Below, piece by piece: positions 56,776 through 64,000 of a stretch of 64,000 nt of DNA. This DNA is from an uncultured Acidobacteriota bacterium (GTDB taxonomy: Bacteria > Acidobacteriota > Thermoanaerobaculia > Multivoradales > UBA5704), in NCBI GenBank assembly GCA_963698025.1, contig OY969112.1, positions 1,341,242-1,405,241 of the forward strand, given 5' to 3'. Below the pieces are notes generated by a model. That model made no database searches, was not told the DNA's origin, and saw only the letters and a program-made list of their open reading frames with translations. The position numbers and the translations under genes are program-made. How positions within the stretch are numbered: the stretch's first letter is position 1; the number at the start of each line of letters is the position of its first letter.

Positions 56776-57156
56776 ATGGATCAAGATCTCATCGACTATC
56801 TCGATCGGCAATTCTCCTCGATCGACCAGCGGTTTAACCAGATCGACCAGCGTCTTGATCAGGTCGACCAGCGTCTTGATCAGGTCGACCAGCGTTTCGA
56901 TCAGGTCGACCAGCGGTTCGATCAGGTCGACCAGCGGTTCGAGAAACTGGAGACCGAGGTGCGGAGAGCCTATGTGGCGATCGAGGATCTACGGGGCCAG
57001 GTCCGCCTGGTCGCCGATGGGGTCACGAACGTCAACGAGCAGCTGAGCCAGCATCGGCAGGAAGTATCCCAGAGGTTCCGTGACATGGAATCCTTCAACC
57101 GGCGCTCCTACGAAGACCTCGATGTACGCGTGCGCAGGCTGGAAGCGACCGGCTAG
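56776..57156 (+). CDS. Coiled-coil protein with [IV]DQR[FL][ND]Q heptad tandem repeats
   Basis: A 126-aa protein whose N-terminal half consists of six 7-aa repeats. The C-terminal half is predicted helical. No recognisable family. Confidence 0.6.
   Translation: MDQDLIDYLDRQFSSIDQRFNQIDQRLDQVDQRLDQVDQRFDQVDQRFDQVDQRFEKLETEVRRAYVAIEDLRGQVRLVADGVTNVNEQLSQHRQEVSQRFRDMESFNRRSYEDLDVRVRRLEATG
56821..56946 (+). repeat. Six tandem copies of a 21-bp in-frame repeat
   Basis: The unit (a/g)tcgaccagcg(g/t)(c/t)t(t/c)gatcag is repeated head-to-tail from 56821 to 56946. Confidence 0.9.
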
Positions 57157-58331
57157 CCAGGTTGGACCGCCGGGAACAGGCTCCTGGTCCCCTCCCCCGT
57201 CAACCTCTCCGCCAGCCACTTCCCCGTCGCGAAGCCGAGCGACATGCCGTGGCCGTTGAAGCCGGCGGCGTAGGTCGCTCCGGGGATGCCGGGCACCTCG
57301 CCGGTCCGCGGCAGGCCGTCCGGGGTGAAGGCCATGATGCCCGCCCAGCGATGGCGGATGGGGCGGTCCGCGAAGCGCGGGAAGGCTTCGCGGAGGAACC
57401 CCTCCAGGGCACCCTGGACCGTCGCGGTGGGCGTCTCCTCGTACCCCACCTCGGTCTCCCTCGCCACCCGGCGGCAGCCGCCCAGGATCAGGGTGCCGTC
57501 GGGAAGCTGGCGCAGATACTCGTAGCCGTCGTTCACGTACCAGACCCCCGGCAGATCGCGAACCCCCGGCGCGGTGGCGAAGATCTGGCCACGAACGGGA
57601 CGGACCTCGCCGAGCAGATGCGGCAGCAGCGCCGGCGCGTAGGCGTTGAGCGCCAGCACGACCCGCCCTGCCAGCAGATGCCCGGCGTCGGTGACGATGC
57701 GGACGCGCCCGGCCTCGGGCTCCAGCCGGCGCACCCGCACGCCGGTCCTCACCTGCCCGCCGGCCGCGGCCACGAGCCGGGCGATCCCCCGGCAGAGGCG
57801 GGCGGGGTCGAGGCCGCCGTCCCGTGGCAGGAACAGGGCCCCGCCCAGACGGTCGCTGCCGCTCGCCCGGCGCACCTCGGAGGCCTCGCGCCATTCGAGC
57901 CGCAGCCCGCGCGCCGCGAGGAGCTCGCCGCTCTGCCGGAGCGCGCTCTCCTGCGCCGGGTCGTCCGCCATGGCGGCGATCCACCCCCCCTCGGGCGTGA
58001 ACTCACAATCGATCTTCCCCGCGTCGAGCAGCTCCCCCCGCAGCAGCTCCCGGTTCTCGCTCGACAGCTCCCAGAGCCGGAAGGCCGCGGCGTCGCCGAT
58101 CGCGCGGACGAGGTCGGTGAACGGCTCGGCCGTGCCGGTCATCAGGTAGCCGGCGTTGCGGCCGGAGGCGTGGGAGGCGACGCCGTCGGCGTCGAGCACC
58201 AGCGGCCGCCGGCCGGCGCGGGTCAGCCAGTAGGCGGTCGAGAGGCCGACGATGCCGGCGCCGACGACGACGGTCTCGACCTCCTCCGGGCGGCCGCCCC
58301 GGGAGAGCCAGAAGGAGGGGGCGCTAGCCAA
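57153..58331 (-). CDS. FAD-dependent oxidoreductase (DAO / glycine-D-amino-acid oxidase family)
   Basis: N-terminal dinucleotide-binding motif VVVGAGIVGLSTAYWL; 392 aa. Confidence 0.8.
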   Translation of the reverse strand: MASAPSFWLSRGGRPEEVETVVVGAGIVGLSTAYWLTRAGRRPLVLDADGVASHASGRNAGYLMTGTAEPFTDLVRAIGDAAAFRLWELSSENRELLRGELLDAGKIDCEFTPEGGWIAAMADDPAQESALRQSGELLAARGLRLEWREASEVRRASGSDRLGGALFLPRDGGLDPARLCRGIARLVAAAGGQVRTGVRVRRLEPEAGRVRIVTDAGHLLAGRVVLALNAYAPALLPHLLGEVRPVRGQIFATAPGVRDLPGVWYVNDGYEYLRQLPDGTLILGGCRRVARETEVGYEETPTATVQGALEGFLREAFPRFADRPIRHRWAGIMAFTPDGLPRTGEVPGIPGATYAAGFNGHGMSLGFATGKWLAERLTGEGTRSLFPAVQPG

Positions 58332-59079
58332 CGAGGACGCTTCCGCCGTTCACGTTGAGGATCTCGCCCGTGATGTGCCGGGCGAGGGGGGAGGCCAGGA
58401 AGAGGACGGAGGCGGCGATGTCCTCGGGCATCGCGATGCGCTGGAGCGGGATCGAGGCGAGCACCGCCGCGCGCCGCTCCCCCGAGAGGGCGTCGGAGGT
58501 CATGTCCGTATCCACCCAGCCGGGCGCCACCGCGTTGACGCGGATCCCGGGGGCGAGCTCGGACGACCAGGACTTGGTGGCCGAGATCAGCGCCCCCTTG
58601 CTCGCCGCGTAAGCGCTGTAGAACGCCTCGCCGCGCTGGCCGGCGGTGGAGCTGATGTTGATGATCGAGGCGTCCTCCGCGCCCACCATCAGGGGGAGCG
58701 CGCAGCGGGCGCAGAGGAAGGGGCCGATGATGTTGACGGCGAGCGTCGCCTGCAGCCGCTCCGGCTGGAGCTGCGGCAGCGGATCGTGGACCCAGACCCC
58801 GGCGTTGTTGATCAGGCAGTCGAGCCCCCCCCAGCGGGCCGCGACGGCGTCGAACAGCTTGCAGACCTCGTCGGGGTCGGTGACGTCGCAACGGACCGCC
58901 GAGTGCGGGGCCTCCGAGATTCCGCGCAGCTCCCGCAGCACCGCGGCCGCCTTCTCGCCGCTCGCCAGATACTGGAGGAACACCGAGGCGCCGGCCCGCG
59001 CGAACAGGCGGCAGCACGCGGCGCCGATGCCGCGGCTCCCACCCGTCACCACGACCCGGCGCCCAGAGAGATCGATCAA
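58324..59079 (-). CDS. SDR-family oxidoreductase (FabG-like)
   Basis: The TTG start overlaps the thiolase stop (TTGA). It has TGGSRGIG, NNAG and YSAYAASK motifs. The track ORF extends upstream artefactually. Confidence 0.85.
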   Translation of the reverse strand: MIDLSGRRVVVTGGSRGIGAACCRLFARAGASVFLQYLASGEKAAAVLRELRGISEAPHSAVRCDVTDPDEVCKLFDAVAARWGGLDCLINNAGVWVHDPLPQLQPERLQATLAVNIIGPFLCARCALPLMVGAEDASIINISSTAGQRGEAFYSAYAASKGALISATKSWSSELAPGIRVNAVAPGWVDTDMTSDALSGERRAAVLASIPLQRIAMPEDIAASVLFLASPLARHITGEILNVNGGSVLVG

Positions 59080-60263
59080 GCGGCGGCCTCGACCACCATC
59101 GCGATCCCCTGCCCGCCGCCGATGCACGCCGAGGCGACGCCGCGGCCGCCACCGCGCCGGTTGAGCTCCTTGAGCAGGGTGATGAGCAGGCGCGTGCCGC
59201 TGGCGCCCAGCGGATGGCCGAGGGCGATGGCGCCGCCGTTGACGTTGAGCTTGTCGACGTCGAGGTCGAGCTCCTTGACCACGGCCAGGATCTGCCCGGC
59301 GAACGCCTCGTTGATCTCGAAGAGGTCGACGTCGCCGAGCTGCATCCCCGCCTTGCCGAGGGCCGCCCGGATCGCCGGCGCCGGGCCGATGCCCATGCGC
59401 GAGGGGTCGACGCCCACCACCGACCACGAGACGATGCGGCCGAGCGGCTTCCACCCCTTCTCCTCCGCTTTCCGGGCCGTGCTGAGGATCATCATCGCCG
59501 CGCCGTCCACGATGCCGGAGGCGTTGCCGGCGGTTACGAAGCCGTCCTTGTCGAAGGCCGGGGGGAGCCCCGCGAGGTCCTCCATGGTGGTCTCCGGACG
59601 CATGTGGTCGTCCCGGTCGATCACCTTCGCCCGCTTCCCCTTCCCCACCTCGACCGGCACGACCTCCTCGCTCATCCGGCACGCCGCCCACGCCTCGCCC
59701 GCCAGCCGCTGCGAGCGGATGGCGAACTGGTCCTGCTCCTCGCGGCTGATGCCGTAGTCGCGGGCCAGGTTGTTGCTCGTCTGCGCCATGTAGCAGCCGC
59801 AGTAGCTGTCCATCAGCGAGACCATCAGGAGATCCTGGAGCTGCCCCTGCCCCAGCTTGAAGCCGCGCCGGGCGCCCCAGATGACGTGCGGCGCCTGCGA
59901 CATGTTCTCCATGCCGCCGACCAGGCAGGTGGTGGCGTCGCCGGTGAGGATCGTCTGCGCCCCCGAGATCACCGACTGGACCCCGGAGCCGCAGAGGCGG
60001 TTGACGGTGAGCGCCGGCACCTCCTGCGGCACGCCGGCCTTGAGCGCCACGTGGCGGGCGCCGTAGATGGCGTCCGGCGAGGTCTGCAGCGCGTTGCCGA
60101 CGAAGGTCTGGTCGATCTCCTTGGGATCGATGCCCGTCTTCTCGAACAGGGCGCGCGCGGCGTGCGCCGCGAGATCGATCGCGGAGACCTCGGCGAAGGA
60201 GCCGTTGTACTCGGCCATCGGGGTGCGCACCCCGTCGACCAGGACCAGATCACGAAGTTCCAT
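59076..60263 (-). CDS. Acetyl-CoA C-acetyltransferase (thiolase II)
   Basis: The start is chosen at MELRDLVLVDGVRTPM. It has the active-site NRLCGSG, NEAFA, and GGAIALGHPLGASG...ACIGGGQG. Confidence 0.9.
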   Translation of the reverse strand: MELRDLVLVDGVRTPMAEYNGSFAEVSAIDLAAHAARALFEKTGIDPKEIDQTFVGNALQTSPDAIYGARHVALKAGVPQEVPALTVNRLCGSGVQSVISGAQTILTGDATTCLVGGMENMSQAPHVIWGARRGFKLGQGQLQDLLMVSLMDSYCGCYMAQTSNNLARDYGISREEQDQFAIRSQRLAGEAWAACRMSEEVVPVEVGKGKRAKVIDRDDHMRPETTMEDLAGLPPAFDKDGFVTAGNASGIVDGAAMMILSTARKAEEKGWKPLGRIVSWSVVGVDPSRMGIGPAPAIRAALGKAGMQLGDVDLFEINEAFAGQILAVVKELDLDVDKLNVNGGAIALGHPLGASGTRLLITLLKELNRRGGGRGVASACIGGGQGIAMVVEAAA

Positions 60264-61339
60264 CAGATGCCTCCCAAAGTTCTTTCGCTGGAGGCGGTCG
60301 CGACCCTGTGGAAGCGCCGGCGCCAGCGGTGAATGTCCATCGAGGGATCGATCCGGGAGCCGAGCAGGACGAAGATCCTGCCCCGTTCCGGGTCGATCCA
60401 GAAGCTGTTGCCTGCGAAACCGGTGTAACCGAGGGCGGTGGGCGAGAGCGCCCGGCCTCCGCTGCCGTGGAGCCTTCTCCGCCACCAGCCGAGGGCGAAC
60501 GGGCTACCGCCGGCCAGGGCCGCGGCCACGCCCTCCGGGTTCAACAAACGTCCGGGCGCCAGCCATTCCGCGCCCAGCCGCCAGAGGTCGCGCGCGCCGC
60601 CGAACAGGCCGACGTGCCCGCAGACTTCCCCGATTCCCGCCAGGAAGCGGCCGTTGCCGTCCTGGGTACGCCCCAGCGGCGGCGGATCCAGATCCGGCAC
60701 AACGAAACCCTGCTTCGCCGCCAGCTTCACCTCCTGGCCGGTGCCCATGCGGGACTCGGCGAGATCCGGCCGCTCCCCAGGCACGGCTTCCACTCCGGTC
60801 AGCCCGAGCGGCGCGAGGACGCGCGAGCGGAGCAGGTCCATCAGCGGCGCCCTCGTGCAAATCTCCACGGTCCGTCCGAAGAGGATAAACCCGAGATCGC
60901 TGTAGGTGCCCGCCCGGGCACCCACGAGATCGCCGTCGACTCCTCCGCGTACGATCAGCTCGACGGCCTCGTCCAGGGACCGGCAACGGTGGTAGAGCGG
61001 CGTCCACGCCGCCAGCCCCGAGCGGTGCCGGAGCAGGTCGGAGAGCGTTCGCCGGGCCAGCCGCGCGTGCGCCTGGGGCCAGAGGTCGCCGATCCGGGTC
61101 TCCAGCGGCAGAACGCCCTCGGCGTCGAGGACCAGGGCGAGCGTCGCCACGAAGGGCTTGGTGATCGAGGCGTAGTCGAAGCGGGTGGCGATCTCCGCCG
61201 GTATTTTCGTCAGTATGCCCTCGCGGGCCTGACCGGCGGCCTCCTCGATCTCGATCCCTTCGCGCGTGCCCACCAGGGCGACGGCGGCGGATACTACGCC
61301 ACGGCGCACCAGGCCGTCCAGGAAGACCCGGACCCTCAC
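60263..61339 (-). CDS. Serine hydrolase, beta-lactamase/PBP4*-like family
   Basis: SxxK motif SITK near the N-terminus. GTG start. The stop overlaps the thiolase ATG by 1 nt. Confidence 0.8.
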   Translation of the reverse strand: MRVRVFLDGLVRRGVVSAAVALVGTREGIEIEEAAGQAREGILTKIPAEIATRFDYASITKPFVATLALVLDAEGVLPLETRIGDLWPQAHARLARRTLSDLLRHRSGLAAWTPLYHRCRSLDEAVELIVRGGVDGDLVGARAGTYSDLGFILFGRTVEICTRAPLMDLLRSRVLAPLGLTGVEAVPGERPDLAESRMGTGQEVKLAAKQGFVVPDLDPPPLGRTQDGNGRFLAGIGEVCGHVGLFGGARDLWRLGAEWLAPGRLLNPEGVAAALAGGSPFALGWWRRRLHGSGGRALSPTALGYTGFAGNSFWIDPERGRIFVLLGSRIDPSMDIHRWRRRFHRVATASSERTLGGI

Positions 61340-61346
61340 CCCCCGG

Positions 61347-61391
61347 CCCCCTCTCCCGTCCCCTCACCCCCTCCCTCACCGGGAGAGGGGG
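61347..61391 (-). promoter_or_regulatory. Perfect 12-bp stem hairpin including the SD-like purine tract of the hydrolase gene
   Basis: ccccctctcccg (61347-61358) and cgggagaggggg (61380-61391) flank a 21-nt loop. On the minus strand the 3' arm CGGGAGAGGGGG ends 7 nt before the GTG start at 61339. Confidence 0.5.
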
Positions 61392-61415
61392 AGAAAAAGG
61401 CCTCGATTCTTCGCA

Positions 61416-62576
61416 TCAGACGTAGTTGGCGGGATCGCCGGTCTGGAACACCACCACCCGCTCGCCCGGCGAGAACGCTCCGGCGGCCTCCAGGTCCTCG
61501 ACCGCGGCCAGCGCGGCGGCCCCCTCGGGCCCGATCCGCAACCCCTCGTGGGCGGCGACCCAGGCGGTGATGCCGTCGAGCCGGGCCTCGTCCACGGCGA
61601 TGGCGCTGCCGCCGGTCTCGTACAGCGCCCGGAGCACGAGAAAGTCGCCGAGCGCCCGCGGCACGCGCAGCCCCCAGACCCGGGTGTCCGGATGCTCCCA
61701 CGGCGCCGCCGCGTCCTCGCCCGCCTCCCAGGCCCGCACGATCGGCGCGCAGCCGGCGGCCTGGACGGCGACGAAGCGCGGGCGCTTCGGGCCGATCAGC
61801 CCCAGCCGGGAGAGCTCGGCGAACGCCTTGTGCATGCCGACGATCCCGGTGCCGCCGCCGAGAGGGTAGACGATCCAGTCGGGCAGCTCCCAGCCGAGCT
61901 GCTCGGCGAGCTCCAGGCCCATGGTCTTCTTCCCCTCCGCCCGGTAGGGCTCGCGCAGCGTCGAGAGGGTCCAGTAGCGCTCCTTCCCCTCCTCCAGCAG
62001 CTTCGCGGCCTCCACCAGCGTCCCGGGGCCGGAGAGCACTTCGGCTCCGTAGTCCCGGCAGCGCTCGAAGACGGTGCGCGGGGTGTCGGCCGGGAGCGCC
62101 ACCCGCGCCGGCAGACCCGCCGCCGCGGCGTAGGCGGTGAGCGCCAGAGCGGCGTTGCCGGCGCTGGCGAGCTGCACGCCGGGCGCGCCCAGCTCGCGGG
62201 CGCGGTTGACGGCGAGTGAGAGCCCCCGCGCCTTGAACGAGCCCGTGGGGTTGCCCGACTCGTCTTTGAGCCAGAGCTCGACGCCGTCCGGAGCGAAGCG
62301 GCGCAGGCGCACCAGCGGCGTCCCCCCCTCGCCGAGGTCCACCCGGCCGGCGAAGTCGGCGACCGGCAGCAGCTCGCGGTAGCGCCAGAGGGTCCATGGG
62401 CGCCCGGGCAGGGCCCGCCGCAGCGCCTCCCCCTTTTCGGGATCGAGGTCGTACTCCACCAGCCACGGGGCGCCGGCCGGCGAGAGGAAGGCCGGCTCGT
62501 CGAGCGGCGCGGTGACGCCGGTCCGCGAGCAGACCAGCCGCCGTGCCCAGCGGTCTTCAGCGTTCGTCGTCATCAT
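61416..62576 (-). CDS. Threonine synthase-like PLP-dependent enzyme
   Basis: The start at MMTTN overlaps the der stop (ATGA). It has the PLP lysine motif NPTGSFKARG and a GGGTG loop. Confidence 0.8.
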   Translation of the reverse strand: MMTTNAEDRWARRLVCSRTGVTAPLDEPAFLSPAGAPWLVEYDLDPEKGEALRRALPGRPWTLWRYRELLPVADFAGRVDLGEGGTPLVRLRRFAPDGVELWLKDESGNPTGSFKARGLSLAVNRARELGAPGVQLASAGNAALALTAYAAAAGLPARVALPADTPRTVFERCRDYGAEVLSGPGTLVEAAKLLEEGKERYWTLSTLREPYRAEGKKTMGLELAEQLGWELPDWIVYPLGGGTGIVGMHKAFAELSRLGLIGPKRPRFVAVQAAGCAPIVRAWEAGEDAAAPWEHPDTRVWGLRVPRALGDFLVLRALYETGGSAIAVDEARLDGITAWVAAHEGLRIGPEGAAALAAVEDLEAAGAFSPGERVVVFQTGDPANYV

Positions 62577-63919
62577 TTTAGAATTCTGGTCTGTTTGGCT
62601 CTCACCAGCGGCTCGTCGGTCCGCCGGCGCACCACCAGCCGCACCGGCACGCCGGGCAGGTCGAGAGACTCGCGCAGGCGGTTCTCCAGGTAGCGCCGGT
62701 AGTGATGGTTCCGGGGCAGCGAGCGGTTGGCGAAGAGCATGAAGGTGGGCGGCGCCGTGGAGACCTGGGTGGCATAGTAGAGCCGCCAGGCAGTGCCGCC
62801 GAGCGAGGGGGGGGCCACCTTGCGGGTGAACTCCTCGAACAATCGGTTGAGCTGGCCGGTGCCGAGCTTGAGCTTGTAGGCGGCGAGGGCGATGTCGATC
62901 GGCCCCCAGAGCTTGTCGATGCCGCGGCCGCTGAGGGCCGAGACGTTCACCCGCCCCGGCGTCGCCAGCAGCTCGTCGAGCCGCTCGAAGGAGAGCTCCA
63001 GCTTCTCCCGCCGATCCTCGTCCAGCAGGTCCCACTTGTTGATCGCCACCACCGCCGCCCGCCCGAGCTCCCAGATGCTGCCGGCGATCGCGAGGTCGCT
63101 GCTGGTCACCCCCGCCGCGGCGTCGATCACCAGCACGGCGACCTGGGCGCGCTCGATCTGGCGCCGCGCCATCATCACCGCCAGCTCCTCGGGCGCTCCC
63201 GAGACCTGGCTGCGGCGGCGCATGCCGGCGGTGTCGATCAGCAGGTAGGACTTGTCGCCACGGGTGATCAGGGTGTCGACCGGATCGCGGGTGGTGCCGG
63301 CCACCGGCGAGACGAGCGCCCGGTTCTGCCCGGAGATCTTGTTGAGCAGCGAGGACTTGCCGACGTTCGGCCGCCCCACGATGGCGACCAGCGACGCGTC
63401 GGGGGGGGTCGGGATCTCGGGGATCTCGGGGAGCGCCAGCGCCAGCGCCTCGCGCAGGTCGCCGATGCCGCCGCCGTGCTCGGCCGAGATCAGGAGCTGG
63501 CGGTCGATACCCAGCTTGTAGAACTCGGAGAAACGCCCCTGCGCCTCCTTGGTATCCCCCTTGTTGACCACCAGCACGGCGGGCTTGCCGAAGCGCCGGA
63601 AGTGCGACCAGACCTCCTCGTCGGCGGAGACCAGCCCCTGCTTGCCGTCGACCACGAAGAGCAGGAGATCGCTCTCCTCGACGGCCAGGAAGACCTGCTG
63701 ATTGAGGCCGAGCGGATCGTCCCCCGGCACCAGGCCGCCGGTGTCGACGACCTGGATCGGACGGTCCTCGGCCAGCTCGACCGTCCCGGTGATGCGGTCG
63801 CGGGTGATGCCGGGCAGATCGTGGACGATCGCCTGCCGCCGCCCCACGAGACGGTTGAACAGGGTCGACTTGCCGACGTTGGGGCGGCCGATGATGGCGA
63901 CGGTAGGAGTCAGCTGCAT
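62573..63919 (-). CDS. der: Ribosome-associated GTPase Der/EngA (tandem G domains plus KH-like domain)
   Basis: Two P-loops GRPNVGKS and two DTAG/DTGG motifs. Confidence 0.95.
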   Translation of the reverse strand: MQLTPTVAIIGRPNVGKSTLFNRLVGRRQAIVHDLPGITRDRITGTVELAEDRPIQVVDTGGLVPGDDPLGLNQQVFLAVEESDLLLFVVDGKQGLVSADEEVWSHFRRFGKPAVLVVNKGDTKEAQGRFSEFYKLGIDRQLLISAEHGGGIGDLREALALALPEIPEIPTPPDASLVAIVGRPNVGKSSLLNKISGQNRALVSPVAGTTRDPVDTLITRGDKSYLLIDTAGMRRRSQVSGAPEELAVMMARRQIERAQVAVLVIDAAAGVTSSDLAIAGSIWELGRAAVVAINKWDLLDEDRREKLELSFERLDELLATPGRVNVSALSGRGIDKLWGPIDIALAAYKLKLGTGQLNRLFEEFTRKVAPPSLGGTAWRLYYATQVSTAPPTFMLFANRSLPRNHHYRRYLENRLRESLDLPGVPVRLVVRRRTDEPLVRAKQTRILK

Positions 63920-64000
63920 GGGTTACGACCTTCTCTTCCTCTCCCGGCTCTCCCGGGAAGCGCCACGGCCCGGCTTCCGCCGATCGTCCTCTTTTCCCTG

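Noticed and set aside
56821-56946. Checked whether the 21-bp tandem array, or the repeat clusters at 24.7 kb and 32.8 kb, could be CRISPR arrays.
   Set aside because: The 21-bp units are contiguous with no spacers and are in-frame coding. The other repeats are inverted pairs, not regularly spaced direct repeats. No cas genes are present.

Overview
High-G+C bacterial chromosomal fragment from a diderm organism (Omp85-family outer-membrane protein, DegP, lipoproteins). The phylum cannot be fixed from sequence alone. I support about 60 real protein genes. Most of the very long ORFs in the track are antisense or out-of-frame shadows typical of high-G+C DNA. No rRNA, tRNA, CRISPR array, integrase or transposase was recognised. 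The backbone is rimO, aroC, a ClC channel, MarR, pyrE, an NtrC-type regulator, degP, the conserved block rimP-nusA-infB-DUF503-rbfA-nrnA-truB-rpsO-pnp, nif3, tatD, metG, hslO, larC, radC, a sirtuin, speB, a hydrolase/thiolase/SDR/FAD-oxidoreductase operon, a thrC-like gene and der. The accessory content is three separate RiPP loci. (i) A full-length class I LanB dehydratase, translationally coupled to an RNase II-family gene and convergent with a LanC cyclase, has no visible precursor gene (4.0-8.7 kb). (ii) A graspetide locus has a 52-aa precursor and an ATP-grasp maturase (17.4-18.7 kb). (iii) A class II lanthipeptide locus has a mersacidin-like LanA with a GG leader end plus LanM (25.5-29.2 kb). 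The most unusual region lies in a visibly lower-G+C island (about 16.1-22.9 kb, judged by eye). There, two recently duplicated XRE-HTH/TPR regulators bracket a 98-aa signal-peptide-bearing peptide with two GCR[IL]DP[ND]G[LR]C loops. I flag this as a candidate, undescribed receptor/secreted-peptide signalling module. Several structured or repeat-rich intergenic elements and coding tandem repeats are also reported. All functional calls rest on motif and family recognition by eye. No searches were run.
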